This document shows positions 16,864-20,000 of a stretch of 20,000 nt of DNA, one piece after another (positions within the stretch are counted from its first letter, which is position 1; every line of letters starts with the position of its first letter). The position numbers were made by a program, and so were the translations under genes. A model generated the notes under the pieces. That model worked only from the letters and a program-made list of their open reading frames with translations, ran no database searches and had not been told where the DNA came from. The stretch comes from an uncultured virus (IMG/VR IMGVR_UViG_3300028805_000004) (lineage: Duplodnaviria > Heunggongvirae > Uroviricota > Caudoviricetes), in the IMG/VR virus record IMGVR_UViG_3300028805_000004; one strand, given 5' to 3'.

Positions 16864-17309
16864 TATGCCCTCCTCCACGGACACTGGTCATATGGTTGCC
16901 GTTCAATAATAGGTTGTGGCAGCAGAGACCTGTCACCATAGTGTATTGCCTGGTGTGTTAGAAAGCGTACACATACAACGTTCTCAGGATCAAAGACACA
17001 GTCTCGCATGTACAGGACATCGTCCTTAGACAAGGGGTTGATGTGATGCAAAACTATTCGGTCCTGCTGTCGCTTTCCAATAATCGGAAAATCCTCATGA
17101 GCCATGTCGCACACAAAGTCTCCATTGAGACTATCACGAAGAATCATGTCTCGCTTGAAAGACTTCCATTTTGAATTTTTCTGGTAAAGTTGCTGGTTGA
17201 CCCATCGGTCGTAGCCGAAGGTTTCCTCTCCAACCTTGCCGTGAAGCTTAAGATAGTCAAACCGGTCGTAATAGTCTGGGATTCGAATGAGTTCACTGTA
17301 GGTTCTCAT
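16863..17309 (-). CDS. HNH endonuclease (packaging-associated, HK97 gp74-like position)
   Basis: 148 aa with 'W...KRDMILRD....C', 'IVLHHINP' and 'PENVVCV..THQAIH' (H-N-H arrangement). It lies next to the terminase genes. Confidence 0.85.
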   Translation of the reverse strand: MRTYSELIRIPDYYDRFDYLKLHGKVGEETFGYDRWVNQQLYQKNSKWKSFKRDMILRDSLNGDFVCDMAHEDFPIIGKRQQDRIVLHHINPLSKDDVLYMRDCVFDPENVVCVRFLTHQAIHYGDRSLLPQPIIERQPYDQCPWRRA

Positions 17310-17644
17310 TCTTTCCCCTCCGAAGGAGCGAACATTCGACCGTATGTTGTGAATGCTCTCATAGCTTCCTTCATGTCGATCTCGTTCTGCTTCATACGTT
17401 CGTACATTTCGACCTTAGCCGCTGCCTCTTCGGTCTTCTGACGCATGTGCTCACGCTCTATCTGTTCCCTGGTTGACCCCATCCTTAAAAAGTGGACGGT
17501 TTCTTGAGAGGTGGCAGTTCCATCTTCAAGTCGCTGCTCAACTAAAGCATAGGCCTTGGCAATACAACGACTTTCGACAGCTTCTCGAGAACTACCACCC
17601 GTCCTCACTTTCTTTTGAAGTGGTTTAGGTTCTCGTTTTGGCAT
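17306..17644 (-). CDS. Putative terminase small subunit (112 aa; start moved to ATG 17644)
   Basis: AAAGGAGA (17652-17659) precedes ATG 17642-17644. It has a basic N-terminus and a helical body (RLEDGTATSQETVHFLRMGS, then coiled coil) and is the first gene of the packaging cluster. Function is assigned from position. Confidence 0.5.
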   Translation of the reverse strand: MPKREPKPLQKKVRTGGSSREAVESRCIAKAYALVEQRLEDGTATSQETVHFLRMGSTREQIEREHMRQKTEEAAAKVEMYERMKQNEIDMKEAMRAFTTYGRMFAPSEGKE

Positions 17645-17660
17645 TGTTTCATCTCCTTTT

Positions 17661-17786
17661 AGACCCCTTTGCAGTAGACACAAACAGCATTGCACCCTTC
17701 ATGGAGGACAGACGAAAGGAGACACGAGGAACGTCTAAAACAGACTGCTTGTGCCCACTGCAAAGGAGTCCAAGTTGGACCCCTCT
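17661..17786 (-). ncRNA. Candidate structured RNA / cis-regulatory leader with anti-Shine-Dalgarno segments
   Basis: A 26-bp stem pairs 17662-17687 with 17745-17770. Its four non-Watson-Crick positions are all G-U wobbles on the minus strand. An inner hairpin AGACG/CGUCU displays the loop UUCCUCGUGUCUCCUUU. Confidence 0.65.
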
Positions 17787-17790
17787 AATG

Positions 17791-19932
17791 TTACTTAAGA
17801 AGCTTAAATATCTCGATGTCTGACAGCCAGGCATCACCGAGTGCGTTCTTGAGACCGTCGCCAAAGTGACCAGGATACTCAACGCCCTTTGGATCAAGCC
17901 CCTTGCAGTAAGCAATGATCTGAACAGCTGTGACGACATACTGTGTTTCACCCTTACGAATGTAATGGCCTTCAAAAGCCTTACGTGTAAGCGGACCAAG
18001 ATCTCCGTCTTCCTTAAGACCAGAACCCCAGTCAAGGTTTGCAGCATGCTGAAGACATCTCACCATCTGGCGGTTGGTATTACTCCCTCGAATGCCATCA
18101 AGCTCGATCTTGAAACCTGTGAACTTGACGGATTCGGTCTGTCCCTTGAACACCAACTCCTGAATGGGTGTGAGCTTCTTGGCCGGCTTGACGTAATGGA
18201 AACGAACTCCGTAACCGAACTTCCGCCCATAGTCTCTCCAAGCCGGTTCAATGAACTCTGATCTGTAGGGCTGCTCTCTCTGGATCTTGGAATCCATTCC
18301 GAAATCCCATTTTGAAATTACCGGAGCGTAATCGGACGCCATAACAAACGTATGGAACGTCGGATCACCAGGAGCTGCAATGATGACGATGTCACCAGCC
18401 TGAAGATCTTCCTTGCGATCAATCTTGTCAGCTACACCGAGATTGACAAGCTTGATGAAGTCCTTGGTAAGGTCTCCATGACTTCCACCGAGGTCAGCTC
18501 GCTGCCTGGTCCATCCGAGATTATACATTGCAGCTGAGGCAAGTCTGTCACAAGACCACTCGGAAGTTCTGCCAATCGGGAAACACTTGTTGTCACCGTA
18601 CAGGTTGATTCCTTTGGACCCATGCGGATCGAGACTGAAGGCATAGTCCGCTACAGCGTCGAGCTCCTTAAGCCACTGCTCCTTGGTGAACGGGATTGCA
18701 GTAAGCCGCTGACCCTTCATGTGGAACACGTAGTCCTCGATAAGCTTAAGGCTGGTCTTCGGTCCGAACTCACCGTCAACTTCAAGCTTCCCTCGCCAAC
18801 CCTTCTGGTACTCACGGACAGCAAGCATCGAGAGTCCGCCGTAGTCACCATCAAGGTTTCCGGTGTACCAGCCAAGGACACGCAAGCACTGCTGCATCTC
18901 TCTGACTGTGAGCTGATACCGGCTGCCGGAAACAAGAACGATGACAGTATGACCCTTGGTCTTGGTTACGAGAATATCACCTCGAGCCAGCTCTTCCTGG
19001 GACTTCACGTAAACCTGGTCGAAGTAGCCACTGTTGGAAAGGGCAGACGGTTCGTCACCAGTGTAGAAGTCTTTGATGTCGATGCCAGAATATTTGATGC
19101 AGCATCTGACAAGACGAGCGCAGTCGGTCTCACAGGGCGTCGTGACCTTAGAGAGATCGAAGTCTACTTTCTTGGCTACGGAATATAAGCTCTGGTTGTT
19201 GGACTGGTCGTAACCAATGTTGTCGTTGGCACAAGCAGCCTCCATGGCTTCAGCAATGAGCTCTCGTACGAAGACAGACTTGGCTCTGAATATGAACCAG
19301 CCCTTGGGATGATCGTAGTAGGGCTGGGTTGAAACCTCGCGACCATTGTTGTCTCCGGCCTGTCCGCCAGAAATGTTGCCGTTCTCGTCAATGCGAGCTG
19401 ATCCGATCGTAACCATTGTATGTACTCCTATGTCATACTGTGTGAGATTAAACTCGTTGATGATCCTCATTACTGAAGAAACATAGGTTGGGCCGGTAGC
19501 ATAGCCACGCTGGCTAACCTGAGTGATTAAAGCTCGAGGATCTGTAATCTTCAGCACATCACGATACTTGTAATGCCCTCCAGTCTTAGCATCTCGCATG
19601 AACTGAAGATAGTCATAAAAGCAATCATCCAGAGTTCTATACTTGCGGAAAGAATCCCAAATGGTTGTTGGCACTCCGTTGTAAACCTCAGGGGTGTATT
19701 TCTCAACTGTATCACCATGCCAGAACTCTGACTTCCAGGTTGAATTGAGAAGCTCTGTCTTCATTCCAAGGCAGTTGTTAGCCTGGGAATATAGTTCACT
19801 GCCTGAACCAGTACCGAAACCAGGTTCTAGACAGGCCTGGGCAATGAGAACCGACGGCAAATAACCGCTAAATCGTAGACAAGCAGCAACAGCTAAAGGT
19901 GCTACAAGCTGCACGTATCCATCTCGTGTCAT
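17791..19932 (-). CDS. Multi-domain endolysin (GH73 glucosaminidase + two NlpC/P60/CHAP-like peptidase domains + peptidoglycan-binding domains)
   Basis: 713 aa, RBS AAGGAG at 19939-19944. GH73 motifs: PSVLIAQACLE.GFG, ANNCLGMK, FRKY, GYAT. Peptidase 1: IGYDQ, TDC, GDILV, GHT. PG_binding_1: MQQCL..LGW..G.LDGDYG...AVREYQ....LEVDGEFGPKT. Peptidase 2: YGD, SCD, LQAGDIV, HTF. The C-terminus has DG..G..T repeats. Confidence 0.88.
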   Translation of the reverse strand: MTRDGYVQLVAPLAVAACLRFSGYLPSVLIAQACLEPGFGTGSGSELYSQANNCLGMKTELLNSTWKSEFWHGDTVEKYTPEVYNGVPTTIWDSFRKYRTLDDCFYDYLQFMRDAKTGGHYKYRDVLKITDPRALITQVSQRGYATGPTYVSSVMRIINEFNLTQYDIGVHTMVTIGSARIDENGNISGGQAGDNNGREVSTQPYYDHPKGWFIFRAKSVFVRELIAEAMEAACANDNIGYDQSNNQSLYSVAKKVDFDLSKVTTPCETDCARLVRCCIKYSGIDIKDFYTGDEPSALSNSGYFDQVYVKSQEELARGDILVTKTKGHTVIVLVSGSRYQLTVREMQQCLRVLGWYTGNLDGDYGGLSMLAVREYQKGWRGKLEVDGEFGPKTSLKLIEDYVFHMKGQRLTAIPFTKEQWLKELDAVADYAFSLDPHGSKGINLYGDNKCFPIGRTSEWSCDRLASAAMYNLGWTRQRADLGGSHGDLTKDFIKLVNLGVADKIDRKEDLQAGDIVIIAAPGDPTFHTFVMASDYAPVISKWDFGMDSKIQREQPYRSEFIEPAWRDYGRKFGYGVRFHYVKPAKKLTPIQELVFKGQTESVKFTGFKIELDGIRGSNTNRQMVRCLQHAANLDWGSGLKEDGDLGPLTRKAFEGHYIRKGETQYVVTAVQIIAYCKGLDPKGVEYPGHFGDGLKNALGDAWLSDIEIFKLLK

Positions 19933-19968
19933 TGTTAACTCCTTGTAGAGGAAAAACCCGGGTTCAAA

Positions 19969-19977
19969 AATATAACA
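19969..19977 (-). promoter_or_regulatory. Possible extended -10 promoter element upstream of the lysin
   Basis: The minus strand reads TG-T-TATATT about 36 nt before the lysin ATG. There is no convincing -35 element. Confidence 0.25.
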
Positions 19978-20000
19978 AAAAAGTTCCCCCGGAGAAATAT

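Noticed and set aside
16863..17309. HNH as a mobile homing endonuclease or intron-encoded ORF
   Set aside because: It is short, lacks an extra DNA-binding domain, is translationally coupled on both sides, and the neighbouring genes are uninterrupted. This fits a packaging cofactor.
17661..17786. tRNA or simple rho-independent terminator
   Set aside because: There is no cloverleaf or TTC-containing T-loop and no U-tract after the stem on the transcribed strand. The enclosed region (about 57 nt) is also too long for a terminator loop.

Overview
The whole window is the minus-strand virion morphogenesis operon of a siphovirus-type tailed phage. The host is probably a Gram-positive Bacillota, inferred from the strong AGGAGG Shine-Dalgarno sites and the lysin type. 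Read in the direction of transcription (right to left), the order is: 713-aa multi-catalytic endolysin, a structured intergenic RNA element, putative small terminase, HNH endonuclease, head-tail adaptor-like protein, large terminase, a 5.5-kb accessory block, portal, prohead protease/scaffold/major capsid fusion, small beta-rich protein, head closure, tail terminator, major tail protein, an AT-rich palindromic spacer, two tail chaperone-like genes, an HK97 gp10-like gene and the 5' part of the tape measure gene. The most striking element is the block between terL and portal (9228-14741). Three proteins there carry six copies of an (Y/A)L(A/E)HHG(I/V)KG(Q/M)KWG motif. Four copies punctuate a 1334-aa polyprotein that ends in a papain-fold Cys-His-Asp toxin-like domain and is translationally coupled to a small Imm35-like gene. 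The same hydrophobic-x-His motif recurs eight times in the scaffold region of the protease-capsid fusion. Together these suggest a system of capsid-loaded, protease-processed, modular effector cargo with a toxin-immunity pair. All family assignments come from motif recognition by eye; no searches were run.
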